Below, in pieces: positions 38,047 through 47,323 of a DNA stretch of 64,000 nt (positions are counted from its first letter, which is position 1; each line of letters starts with the position of its first letter). The position numbers and the translations under genes are program-made. The notes under the pieces are model-generated. The model saw only the letters and a list, made by a program, of their open reading frames with translations, ran no database searches and was not told the origin of the DNA. The DNA comes from an uncultured Chloroflexia bacterium (lineage in GTDB: Bacteria; Chloroflexota; Limnocylindria; Limnocylindrales; CSP1-4): the NCBI GenBank assembly GCA_963813535.1, contig CAWEZH010000002.1, forward strand, positions 1,216,001 to 1,280,000, written 5' to 3'.

Positions 38047-39240
38047 ATGCTCGACCGACAACCGTCACCGATCGATCGGATACGCCGTGCGCACACCGAG
38101 TCGCCGCGACCCATCGATGTGGCGGTCGCACTCGGCCTCGCCGCGCTGTCCTTTGCCTCGTTCGTCGCTGGCGCGACGACGATCGGCCCTCGCGATGGCA
38201 TCACGGTCGTGCTGCTGCTCCTCGAGAGCCTTCCGCTCATGGTCCGTCGGCGCTATCCCCTCGAGGTGTTCCTGGTCGTGGTCGCCGCCAGCATCGCCCA
38301 CATCGCGATCCTGCCGTCGGATCAGGAACTGCAGTCCGGGCTGGGCATCCTCGTCGCGATGTACACGATCGGAGAGCGGCTCGACCGTCAGGTATCGATC
38401 CCGCTAGCCGTCCTGGCGGGGACGATGATCGCCGTGCTCCTGATCGGCCGCGCCGGTATCCCGGAGGGGCTCCAGAGCCTGATCCAGACCGAGCTCGTCC
38501 TCGGCGTCGCCTGGCTGGTCGGTGACACCTCGCGGATCCGCCACCTGTACACGAAGGCACTCGAGGAACGGGCTCGAATGCTCGATCGCGAACGCGAGGA
38601 GCGCACCAGACGCGCAGTCCTCGAGGAACGTGAGCGCATCGCGCGCGAGCTCCACGACGTCGTCGCCCACCACGTCAGCGTCATGGTCATCCAGGCCGGC
38701 GGCGCGTCGAGCGCCATCGACAAGCGACCCGACCAGGCACGGACCGCGTTGACCGCCATCGCAACGGCCGGGCGTCAGGCGCTGACCGACATGCGCCGGC
38801 TCGTCATGATGCCGGGGACAGGCGAGGCCGTCGAACCCATGCCGGGTCTGGGCCAGCTCGAAATCCTCGTCGACGAGGTCCGCTCGGCGGGGCTGCCGGT
38901 CGAAGTCACCATCCAGGGCGACCCGCGAGTGCTCGACCCCGGGCTCGACCTCTCTGCCTACCGGATCATCCAGGAGGGCCTGACGAACTCGCTCAAGCAC
39001 GCCGCGGGCGGCACGGCCAGGGCGACCGTCAACTACGCCACGGACGCCATCGAGATCACCGTCGAGGATGAGCGTGGCAGCGACAGCACGCCGCACCTGG
39101 AGCCCGACCATGAAGGCCGAGGGCTGCTCGGGATGCGCGAACGTGTCGCGATGTTCCGGGGCACCTTGGATGCCCGTCCGACCCCCACCGGCTATCGCAT
39201 CTTCGCGCGCCTCCCCGCCGCGGACGGAGGTACGCCGTGA
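38047..39240 (+). CDS. Membrane sensor histidine kinase (HisKA_3)
   Basis: ERERIARELHDVVAH, YRIIQEGLTNSLKHA, GLLGMRER. Confidence 0.95.
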   Translation: MLDRQPSPIDRIRRAHTESPRPIDVAVALGLAALSFASFVAGATTIGPRDGITVVLLLLESLPLMVRRRYPLEVFLVVVAASIAHIAILPSDQELQSGLGILVAMYTIGERLDRQVSIPLAVLAGTMIAVLLIGRAGIPEGLQSLIQTELVLGVAWLVGDTSRIRHLYTKALEERARMLDREREERTRRAVLEERERIARELHDVVAHHVSVMVIQAGGASSAIDKRPDQARTALTAIATAGRQALTDMRRLVMMPGTGEAVEPMPGLGQLEILVDEVRSAGLPVEVTIQGDPRVLDPGLDLSAYRIIQEGLTNSLKHAAGGTARATVNYATDAIEITVEDERGSDSTPHLEPDHEGRGLLGMRERVAMFRGTLDARPTPTGYRIFARLPAADGGTP

Positions 39241-39908
39241 CCATCCGCGTCCTCCTCGTCGACGATCAAGCACTCGTCAGGACGGGCTTCCGGATGATCC
39301 TCGAGGACGAAGCCGACATCGACGTGGTCGGCGAAGCCGCGAACGGGCGCGAGGCCGTCGAGGCGAGCGCGCGCCTTCGCCCGGACGTCATCGTCATGGA
39401 TATCCGCATGCCGGTCATGGATGGCGTCGAGGCCACCCGCAGCTTAGCCGGCGACGAAGCGACGTCCGGGGCCCGCGTCCTCATCCTGACGACGTTCGAC
39501 GCCGACGAGCTCGTCGTCGAGGCATTGCGGGCCGGCGCCAGCGGTTTCCTCCTGAAGGACGTGACACCGGAGGAATTCGTTCGCGCGATCCGCGTCGTCG
39601 CGACTGGCGAGGCGCTACTCGCCCCATCCGTGACGCGCCGCCTCATCGCCCGCTTCGCGCGCCTTCCGGTCCCTGCCGACGAGGTCCACGCGGACGCCTT
39701 GCGCGAGCTGACCGATCGCGAGAGGGAGGTGCTCAAGCTCGTGGCGCTCGGCCTCTCGAACCGGGAGATCGCCGGGCACCTCACGCTGGCCGAACCCACC
39801 GTGAAGACGCACGTCTCGCACCTTCTGCTCAAGCTCGACCTGCGAGATCGGGCGCAGCTGGTGGCATTGGCCTACGAGACCGGCGTCGTCCGTCCCGGCT
39901 CGGGCTAG
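39237..39908 (+). CDS. NarL family response regulator
   Basis: VDDQALVRTG, MDIRMP, LTTF, LTDREREVL...TVKTHV. Confidence 0.96.
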   Translation: MTIRVLLVDDQALVRTGFRMILEDEADIDVVGEAANGREAVEASARLRPDVIVMDIRMPVMDGVEATRSLAGDEATSGARVLILTTFDADELVVEALRAGASGFLLKDVTPEEFVRAIRVVATGEALLAPSVTRRLIARFARLPVPADEVHADALRELTDREREVLKLVALGLSNREIAGHLTLAEPTVKTHVSHLLLKLDLRDRAQLVALAYETGVVRPGSG

Positions 39909-39958
39909 GGGCCCTCGCTCGGCCGGCCACTCGGCGCGCCGCCGGTTCGCATGCGACG

Positions 39959-40192
39959 ATGGCGTCCACCATGACCGGAAAGCATTCGCGCGAGCTGGGC
40001 CCGAAGATCGCCGCCGACTACCGGCTGCTCAACTACCTGCGGGGACGGTCGACGTCGTCGGTCGATGCGATCGAGCCCGGGAGCACTCGGATCGACGTCG
40101 AAGGTGGGGTCCTCGCGAGTCGCTGCGAGGAGGACCACGACGAGGTCCTCGAGTGCTGGTACTTCTACCGACGCTCGGGGAAGCCGAACTAG
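39959..40192 (+). CDS. Short hypothetical ORF or gene remnant
   Basis: Non-repetitive, protein-like 77-aa frame (IAADYRLLNYL...ECWYFYRR) in a 340-nt gap; no clear RBS. Confidence 0.3.
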   Translation: MASTMTGKHSRELGPKIAADYRLLNYLRGRSTSSVDAIEPGSTRIDVEGGVLASRCEEDHDEVLECWYFYRRSGKPN

Positions 40193-40249
40193 GTCCACCT
40201 TGGCTCGGCCGCGTGCGTCACGGGCGGGTCGGTCGGTCATGATGCATGT

Positions 40250-41233
40250 ATGGGCGACGGTGGGCCGGAGGTCATCACCCTTGGCGAGTGCCTTGCCTCG
40301 CTCCTGGCCTCCACGCCCGGATCGCTGGCCGAGGCGACCTCGTTCGAGCGCCATGTCGCCGGAGCCGAAGCGAACGTCGCGGTCGGGCTCGCGCGGCTCG
40401 GACATACGGTGGGGTTCATCGGCCGCGTGGGTGACGATGGCTTCGGGACGGCGATCGTACGCAAGCTCCGCGGCGAGGGCGTCGATGTGGCCCATCTGGT
40501 CGTCGACCCGGCTGCGACCGGCGTCATGTTCCGCGAGCGCCGGCTCCTCGGGACGAGCGCGGTCGTGTATCACCGCGCGGGTTCCGCCGGGTCTCGGCTG
40601 GCCGTCGATGACGTCGAACGAGCGGCGAATGACGGCGCGTTCGAGGCCGCCAGGTGGCTCCATCTCACGGGCATCACGCCAGCCCTGTCGGCCACGGCTC
40701 GAGCGGCAACGTTTCGGGCACGCGAGCTGGCGCGGGCAGCGGGCCTCACGATCAGCCTCGATATCAACCTGCGGCGCCGCCTCTGGTCGGACGAAGAGGC
40801 CGCGTCGGTCCTGCGCGAGCTGGCGGCAGGCGTGGACGTCGTCCTCGGCGGCGATGAGGAGCTCGCAGTCCTGACAGGCCTGGATCCCGCTGCGGCGGCT
40901 GAGGAGTCGGTCGCGGCGGTCACCCGACTCGGGCCGTCGATCGCCATCGCCAAGCTCGGAGCCGAAGGTGCCCTCGCGCTCGAGACCGGCGCGACGCCCA
41001 TCCTCGAACCGGCGATCATGGTCGGGACGGTGGTCGACCCTGTCGGGGCCGGCGATGCCTTCTGCGCCGGCTTCATCGCAGGCCGCCTCGATGGCACGGA
41101 CCTGCCCACGGCCGTCCGGATGGGCAACGCCTGCGGCGCACTCGCCGTCGCCGCCAGCGGCGATCAGGCGGGCTTGCCCGACCGAGCCGAGTTGGCGCGG
41201 CTCCTCGGCGGAGGACCGGACACGCTGCGCTGA
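40250..41233 (+). CDS. PfkB family sugar kinase (KdgK-like)
   Basis: GAEANVAVGLARLG, VGDDGFG, DINLR, DPVGAGDAF. Confidence 0.93.
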   Translation: MGDGGPEVITLGECLASLLASTPGSLAEATSFERHVAGAEANVAVGLARLGHTVGFIGRVGDDGFGTAIVRKLRGEGVDVAHLVVDPAATGVMFRERRLLGTSAVVYHRAGSAGSRLAVDDVERAANDGAFEAARWLHLTGITPALSATARAATFRARELARAAGLTISLDINLRRRLWSDEEAASVLRELAAGVDVVLGGDEELAVLTGLDPAAAAEESVAAVTRLGPSIAIAKLGAEGALALETGATPILEPAIMVGTVVDPVGAGDAFCAGFIAGRLDGTDLPTAVRMGNACGALAVAASGDQAGLPDRAELARLLGGGPDTLR

Positions 41234-42219
41234 ACATCGGCGTCCCAGGCGCCGATCGCATCACGGACAGCCGCGGAGATGGATCCCGACGCCGTCGCAC
41301 CCGTCAGTCGATCGAGCCCGAGCAAGGCCGACCCCGCGACGGGCGGCGCCATCAGCCCCGTCACATCGGCAGCCGGCGCGATCGCCGCGATCCCGGCCGC
41401 GATGCGTTCCCGAAAGGCGGCGTCGCGCGTCCGGAACACGCCTCCTGCCAACACGACGTCGGGGTCGCGGCGCGTCAGATGCAGTCGCCGGATCATCGCT
41501 CCGGCCATCACGACGATCTCGTCGGCGAGGCGGTCGACGATGCGGCGGGCGGCCGCATCTCCGGCTCCCGCCGCCGCGAACACGACGGGTGACAGCTCTC
41601 CGATACGTGCCTCGGCGATGCGGCCCGTGTACATCGCCGATGTCACCGCGGCCGGCGACGACAGACCGAAATGGGCCGGGACGTCCTGCTCCAGGCGAGT
41701 GCGCGGTCCCCGGCCGTCACGTGCCCGGACGGCCGCCGCCAGACCCTCCCAGCCCACGTCCGTCCCGCCGCCCCAGTCACCCGAGATATCGCCAAGCGCG
41801 TCGAGGCGGACACTCCGGCCGTCCGGCGCGACCCCGGCGGCGTTGACGCCCTGGCCGCAGATGACCACGACGCCCCACGAGCGATCCGTTCCGGCACGTA
41901 GCGCTCCGAACGCATCGTTGAGCACCACGAGCTGCTCGGCGAAACCGCGCTCGTCGAGGGCGGCCGTCAGGGTGTTGACATCGTCACGGGTGTCCGCGCC
42001 CGCGAGCGTGTACACCGCGATGTCGGGGCGCGCGTCCAGCCGGGCCCCAGCGGACGCCTCCGCCACGAGCCCCGCCATCCGCTCCATGCCCGCGCCCAGG
42101 CCGACCGCCTGGTGCGAGCTCGTCGACCCGCGTGCCGCCGCCAGCAGGCGCCCGTCCTCGTCGACGATCGCCACATCCGTCTTCGAGTTCCCGCCGTCGA
42201 CGGCGAGGACCGTCCTCAC
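41164..42219 (-). CDS. BadF/BadG/BcrA/BcrD family (GlcNAc-kinase-like) sugar kinase
   Basis: LAVDGGNSKT, LNDAF, GDWGGG, LAGGVF. GTG overlaps the upstream stop. Confidence 0.92.
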   Translation of the reverse strand: MRTVLAVDGGNSKTDVAIVDEDGRLLAAARGSTSSHQAVGLGAGMERMAGLVAEASAGARLDARPDIAVYTLAGADTRDDVNTLTAALDERGFAEQLVVLNDAFGALRAGTDRSWGVVVICGQGVNAAGVAPDGRSVRLDALGDISGDWGGGTDVGWEGLAAAVRARDGRGPRTRLEQDVPAHFGLSSPAAVTSAMYTGRIAEARIGELSPVVFAAAGAGDAAARRIVDRLADEIVVMAGAMIRRLHLTRRDPDVVLAGGVFRTRDAAFRERIAAGIAAIAPAADVTGLMAPPVAGSALLGLDRLTGATASGSISAAVRDAIGAWDADVQRSVSGPPPRSRANSARSGKPA

Positions 42220-42818
42220 CCCAGCGCGTCCAGCCGTACGAAGCTGGCACCGGCATCTCGCAGACCGCTGATGAGCGGCGCGAGGCCGAGGCCCGTGGCC
42301 ATCGTCCAGGGGTGGAGCAGAAGGATCGCACCGTCGCCACGCGCGACCGCATCTCGCGTCATCTGGCGGGCCATCCCCCGCCCGCGCATGCTCGGGCGCC
42401 AGTCGGCGCCGTCCACGTCCCAATGGACCTCGCGGTAGCCCAGCCGCTCGATACCGGCCCGTACCCTCGCATCGTCGGTCCCGGCGCCGAACGGGCAGCG
42501 GAACCAGGGTTTGGGGTCGACCCCCGTGGCCGCGACGATCGCCCGTTCCGCGGCGCGGATATCGGTGGCCAGACCGGACGGTGACAGGAGCGGCATCCGC
42601 GCATGGTAGAAGGAGTGGTTGCCGATGAGGTGGCCTCGCTCCGCGACCGAGCGCGCCAGGTCCGGGTAGGCCTCCGCCCAGCGACCCTGGATGAAGAACG
42701 TGGCCTTGACGCGCTCTTTGTCGAGCAGGTCCAGGACGCCCTCGGTCCCGCCGGAGTTGTGCGGGCGGTCGGGATGCTCGGCGTCGAAGGTCAGCGCGAC
42801 GCGGAACGTCATCGCCAC
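42216..42818 (-). CDS. Polysaccharide deacetylase (CE4/NodB)
   Basis: ALTFD, ATFF, IGNHSFYH, FRCPFG, DW, ILLLH. Confidence 0.92.
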   Translation of the reverse strand: MAMTFRVALTFDAEHPDRPHNSGGTEGVLDLLDKERVKATFFIQGRWAEAYPDLARSVAERGHLIGNHSFYHARMPLLSPSGLATDIRAAERAIVAATGVDPKPWFRCPFGAGTDDARVRAGIERLGYREVHWDVDGADWRPSMRGRGMARQMTRDAVARGDGAILLLHPWTMATGLGLAPLISGLRDAGASFVRLDALG

Positions 42819-42842
42819 ATCGCTCGAGAGGTCACCCCGGCG

Positions 42843-43946
42843 TCACTTCTCGACGCCGGTGATGACGATGCCGCGGGTGAAGAACCGCTGGGTCAGCAGG
42901 AAGGCGACGACCGGGATGATGAGCGTCATCAGGGTGCCAGCCTGGATCAGCCCGGGCTCGCGATAGTAGATCCCGTTGAACCGCTGCAGGCCCAGAGCGA
43001 CGGTCTGCAGATCGACCCGCCCGGCCGTGTACAGCAGCGGCCCGAAGAAATCGTTCCACGAGTAGACGAGGTGGAAGACCGCGACGGCCACCACGACCGG
43101 CCATGCCTGCGGCAGGACGACCGAGATCAGGGTCCGGAACGGACCGGCACCGTCGATGGCTGCCGCCTCGTCCATGTCGGTCGGGATCGTCATGAAGTAC
43201 TGGCGCATCAGGAACACGTCGTAGGCGTTCGCGAAGAAGGCCGGTACGAGCAATGGCAGCCAGGTCCCGACCCAGCCGATCTTCTGGAACACGGTGTAGG
43301 TCGGGATGATCGTCACAGCCGCCGGCAGGAAGATCGTCGCGATCAGGAGTGTGAAGAGAAAGCCCCTGCCCGGGAACCGGAACCGGGCGAATCCGTACGC
43401 CACGAGGATGCACGAGATGAGCGTGCCGATGGTCGACACGACCGCGATGAAGATCGTGTTGAACAGCAGCCGCGGGTAGTCGATCAGGTCCCAGACCTCG
43501 GCGAAGTTCTCCCAATGCGGCGCGAACTGCCAGGCGGGCTCCAGCGTCCGCCACGATCCCACCCATTCGATGGGCGGGGCTGTCGGAGCCACCGGGTCGA
43601 TGAACGTGCTGCGCCGGCGCGCCGGCTCGAACAACGCGAGCTGGCGCGTCGTGCCGTCCGGCAGCGGGACGTTGAGGATGGGCAGTTGCTCGCCCTGGTA
43701 CTCGAACGTCACCGGGTCGGCCGGGTAGAGCGGCGAATGTGCTTGCGTGATCTGGTCGAGGCTCTTGAGCGAGTACGAGATCGAGCGGAGCATCGGCGAG
43801 AGGAATGCGGCCACCGTGAGGACCGCGATCAGCGTCAGCAGGAAGGACTTCGTGTTGTCGCCCTTCTCGCGCGGGGGCCGGCTACCGGCGGCTCTCCTGC
43901 CCCGCCGTCCCACGAGGCCACGACCGGCCACCGAGAAGGCGGTCAT
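42843..43946 (-). CDS. Carbohydrate ABC transporter permease (MalG-like)
   Basis: EAAAIDGA, WNDFFGP, QRFFTRGI. Confidence 0.94.
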   Translation of the reverse strand: MTAFSVAGRGLVGRRGRRAAGSRPPREKGDNTKSFLLTLIAVLTVAAFLSPMLRSISYSLKSLDQITQAHSPLYPADPVTFEYQGEQLPILNVPLPDGTTRQLALFEPARRRSTFIDPVAPTAPPIEWVGSWRTLEPAWQFAPHWENFAEVWDLIDYPRLLFNTIFIAVVSTIGTLISCILVAYGFARFRFPGRGFLFTLLIATIFLPAAVTIIPTYTVFQKIGWVGTWLPLLVPAFFANAYDVFLMRQYFMTIPTDMDEAAAIDGAGPFRTLISVVLPQAWPVVVAVAVFHLVYSWNDFFGPLLYTAGRVDLQTVALGLQRFNGIYYREPGLIQAGTLMTLIIPVVAFLLTQRFFTRGIVITGVEK

Positions 43947-44890
43947 CGTGCGTCACCCGCGTAGTAGACCCATCGCCGGGCGGTCCCGAACAGCAGCAAG
44001 GTGATCGCCAGGGTGATCACGAACAGGAGCCACGCCAGCGTCGCGCCGTACGACATGTTCTGGAACGTGAAGAAGTTCTTGTAGAGATAGAGGTTGTAGA
44101 ACATCGTCGAGCCGCCCGGTTCGCCGGTGCCCTCCTGCAGGACGAGCGGCACGAGGAAGTATTGGAGCACCTCCACGACCGACAGCACGATCGTGTAGAA
44201 GATGACCGGGGTGAGCATCGGCACCGTGATATGGCGCAGCGACTGCCAGGCGCCGGCCCCGTCGATCTTGGCCGCCTCGTACAGGTCCGTCGGGATCCCC
44301 TTGAGCGCGGCCAGGTAGACGATCATCCCGGCGCCGATCCCCCACACGCCGATGAGCGCCAATCCCGGGTAGACCCACGACGGGTCCTCGAGCCAGCCGG
44401 GCGGGTCCTGCACGCCGATGGCCTCGAGCGCAGCGTTGATCCAACCGGTCTCCGGGTTGAGCATCCCGCCCCAGATGAACACGGTCGCCACGAATGGCAC
44501 CACGAAGGGCAGGAAGAACAGGATCCGGAAGGCGCCGGATCCGCGGAGATGCCGCGAATGCAGCATCAGCGCGACCAGCAGGGGCAGGATCACGGCGAGT
44601 GGCAGGGCCAGCGCCGCGAACTTGAACGTGATCCCCAGGGAGGTCCACGTCTGCTGGTCGCGCAGCAGCGTCTCGTAGTTCTTGAGCCCCACGAACTGGA
44701 GCGGCTGGGACTGGGTGAGATTGATATTGGTGAACGAGAAGACGAGCGTCGCGACCATCGGGAAGGCCGTGAACAGCACGAACCCGATGAGCCAGGGCGC
44801 GATGAAGACGTACCCCCAGCGCGCGCGCCGCCAGCCGAGACCGGAGAAGCGGGGCAGGCTGCGCGGGCGCGCGACGCTGGGGGCGACCAT
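43943..44890 (-). CDS. Carbohydrate ABC transporter permease (MalF-like)
   Basis: FVGLKNY, LYEAAKIDGAG, ITVPMLTP. Confidence 0.94.
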   Translation of the reverse strand: MVAPSVARPRSLPRFSGLGWRRARWGYVFIAPWLIGFVLFTAFPMVATLVFSFTNINLTQSQPLQFVGLKNYETLLRDQQTWTSLGITFKFAALALPLAVILPLLVALMLHSRHLRGSGAFRILFFLPFVVPFVATVFIWGGMLNPETGWINAALEAIGVQDPPGWLEDPSWVYPGLALIGVWGIGAGMIVYLAALKGIPTDLYEAAKIDGAGAWQSLRHITVPMLTPVIFYTIVLSVVEVLQYFLVPLVLQEGTGEPGGSTMFYNLYLYKNFFTFQNMSYGATLAWLLFVITLAITLLLFGTARRWVYYAGDAR

Positions 44891-44893
44891 CGA

Positions 44894-46381
44894 TCAGCTG
44901 CCGCCCGCGTCCCAGGCGGCTTGCATCTCCTTACGCATCGCCTCGATCTCGGCCGTCAGGTCGAGACCGGGCGTGGTCTGCCACTTGGTGCCGTACGTAT
45001 TGATCAGGTCCAGCGTCTTGTTGTACGCCGGCATGTAGGACTCGAAGTTCGGGACGTCGGCGAACGCAACGCCCTCCTTCGGGACTTTCGTGTCGATGCC
45101 CTGTGCGTAGTCCTTGAACTGGGCCTCCAGGAACGCATCCTGCTTGGACTCGACGGCCGGCATGCCGCCGTACAGCGACAACAGGTCCTCGTTGGCCAGC
45201 AGGTACTGGAGCACCTCGAACGCCTGATCCGGATTCTTGGTGGTCTTCATGATCCGCCACGTATCGGCGTTGAACGCCGCGGTGGTCTTGCCCTTGTAGG
45301 CGGGCGTGGCCGCCATGTTCCAGTCGTCGCCCGCGTCGGAGACGCAGTAGGTCGACCACAGGTAGTTCGTGCTCATCGCGACTTTGCCCGCGCAGAACGG
45401 ATAGCCCGCGGGGTTGAGGTCGGTGGTCTCGAACTGCGGACCGGTCATGCTGAAATGGTCGGTCCAGATGCCGTCATAGAAGTGCTTCCACGCCGCCGCC
45501 CACGCCTCTGGGATCTGGGCGGTCTTGCCGTCCGCGGCCATGAACCCGCCGGCTCCGAAGTAGGCGCCCGTCTGACGCAGGTCGTCACGCTGTGGCTCGA
45601 AGCCCCACTGGACGATCTTCTCAGGATCGAAGTCAGCCTCGGAGGCATCCGCGCCGTTCTCGTCGACGGTCAGGATCTTGGCGATCTCGCGGATCGTGTC
45701 GTAGTCCCACGGCCGCTTCGAGCCGTCGGGCATCGTGTACTCGGCGTTCCAGGCGTGGGGCGGCTCTTCGAGACCCGCCTCCTTGAACATGTCGGCCTTG
45801 TAGAACAGGACGGATGGGTAGATCGCATACGGGATGCCGACCTGGCCTTCGCCGCCGGCGTTGTAGAGCTCGACCGTCGACTCGGGGAACTGCGACATGT
45901 CGAAACCGGCCTTGTCGATGTACGGCTGGAGATCGAGCCACTGGCCGTGGAAGGCCTCGGCACCACCGATGCCCACCGGGCCGACGATATCGGGACCGTT
46001 TCCGGCTCCGAGCTGGACCGCGAGCGCGTCACGCGCGGCCGCGTAGACGAATCCCTCGAACTGGAGATGGATGCCTGGGTGCGAGGCATTGAAGTCCTCG
46101 GCCACCTTGCGTTCCACCTCGACCTGTTCTGGCGCGTCTCCGGTGCCCAGGCAGCAGTACCAGCGGATGATCACGTCACCCGGCTTGGCCTGCGAGTCCG
46201 TGTTGGGCAGCGGCGTCGGCGGCGGCGGACTACCCGACGCGGACGCGCCGGCGGACGGGTCGACCGATGCGACCGCCGTCGAGCCCGACGGCGCCACGCT
46301 CGACGTCGGCTGTCCGCAGGCCGCGAACAGAAGCGCCAGCACGGCTAGAAGGACGGCGAACCGTCCCAGACCCACTCTCAT
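44894..46381 (-). CDS. Carbohydrate ABC transporter substrate-binding lipoprotein
   Basis: Lipobox FAAC; FNASHPGI, GPDIV, LFYKADMF. Confidence 0.92.
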   Translation of the reverse strand: MRVGLGRFAVLLAVLALLFAACGQPTSSVAPSGSTAVASVDPSAGASASGSPPPPTPLPNTDSQAKPGDVIIRWYCCLGTGDAPEQVEVERKVAEDFNASHPGIHLQFEGFVYAAARDALAVQLGAGNGPDIVGPVGIGGAEAFHGQWLDLQPYIDKAGFDMSQFPESTVELYNAGGEGQVGIPYAIYPSVLFYKADMFKEAGLEEPPHAWNAEYTMPDGSKRPWDYDTIREIAKILTVDENGADASEADFDPEKIVQWGFEPQRDDLRQTGAYFGAGGFMAADGKTAQIPEAWAAAWKHFYDGIWTDHFSMTGPQFETTDLNPAGYPFCAGKVAMSTNYLWSTYCVSDAGDDWNMAATPAYKGKTTAAFNADTWRIMKTTKNPDQAFEVLQYLLANEDLLSLYGGMPAVESKQDAFLEAQFKDYAQGIDTKVPKEGVAFADVPNFESYMPAYNKTLDLINTYGTKWQTTPGLDLTAEIEAMRKEMQAAWDAGGS

Positions 46382-46421
46382 GATCCGTTCCTCCGAATGC
46401 GATGGCCGATGGATCTCGTCG

Positions 46422-47216
46422 TCATTCGCTCGCTCCTCCGATGCGTGCCATGGCTTCGACCGCGACCGACCGGATCGGCCGGTCGACCTCACGTTCGACG
46501 TAGTACCTGGAGCGATCGCCGCGGACGAACGTCCGGCCGAACTCGACCGGATCGCCGTCGGCGTCGAACGCGATGCCTTCGATGAGCAGCGCCGGCGAAC
46601 CCGGTCGCTGATCCAGGAGGCGAGATTCTCGAGCCCGGAGGAGGACGGGCTCGAGAGCCTCGCGTGCGCGAACGACCTGCGTCGAATAGCGCGTGGACAG
46701 GAGTTCGTAGAGGGAGCCGTGCTCGAGGTCGCTCGCGAGAAGACCGGGGAAGCGCTCCGCCGACAGGTGGACCTGCTCGAGCAGGTAGGGCTCGCCGCTG
46801 GCCAGACGGAGACGCTCGAGGTACAGGATCGGCGAACCGGTCTCGAGAGCGAGCGCACCGGCCACCGTGACGGATGCCGACTCGGGTCGAGCCGAGATCA
46901 GCCGTGTCTCGGGATCCAGGCCACGCTGACGCATCTCCTCGGAGAAGCTGGCACGACCGGCGATGTCGCGATCCATCCGTGGATGGAGCACGAACGTGCC
47001 GCGGCCGCGGGTCCGTTCGATGCGGCCCTCGCGCACGAGCTCATCGAGCGCTCGCCTGATGGTGATCAGGCTGCAGCCGTAGTCCTGGGCGAGCTCGCGT
47101 TCGGTCGGCAGTTGATGGCCTGGCGCCCATCGACCCGAATCGAGGGAGGCGCGCAGGTCGAGATAGACCTGGTGGTGCATCGGGACGGGGCCGAGCTCGA
47201 GCCGGAACCGAGCCAA
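46422..47216 (-). CDS. GntR family (HutC/UTRA) regulator
   Basis: LPTERELA...TIRRAL...GRGTFV plus a UTRA domain (GSLYELL). TTG follows AGGAGG. Confidence 0.94.
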   Translation of the reverse strand: MARFRLELGPVPMHHQVYLDLRASLDSGRWAPGHQLPTERELAQDYGCSLITIRRALDELVREGRIERTRGRGTFVLHPRMDRDIAGRASFSEEMRQRGLDPETRLISARPESASVTVAGALALETGSPILYLERLRLASGEPYLLEQVHLSAERFPGLLASDLEHGSLYELLSTRYSTQVVRAREALEPVLLRARESRLLDQRPGSPALLIEGIAFDADGDPVEFGRTFVRGDRSRYYVEREVDRPIRSVAVEAMARIGGASE

Positions 47217-47277
47217 CGGAAGCGCTCCTCCTCCTGGATCCGACCGTCCATCTGATGGGTATTGCGCGAGGTCCGAA

Positions 47278-47297
47278 TGCTGATAACGTTATAAGCA
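47278..47297. promoter_or_regulatory. Palindromic operator between the GntR operon and the GH4 gene
   Basis: TGCTGATAACGTTATAAGCA (one mismatch from perfect), adjacent to a minus-strand TTGACA at 47302-47307. Confidence 0.75.
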
Positions 47298-47323
47298 ATC
47301 GTGTCAAGACCCCCGGAGGTGGG

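Noticed and set aside
41164-41233. 70-nt convergent overlap of the two sugar kinase genes
   Set aside because: The overlapping tail is low-information and such overlaps are common at high GC; nothing supports a function.
44162-46348. Long antisense ORFs (for example 44162..46348 +, 58119..60764 -, 47066..48625 -)
   Set aside because: These are shadow frames of high-GC genes with no motifs; only the last ~75 codons of homology in 58119..60764 (DUF1992) look real.
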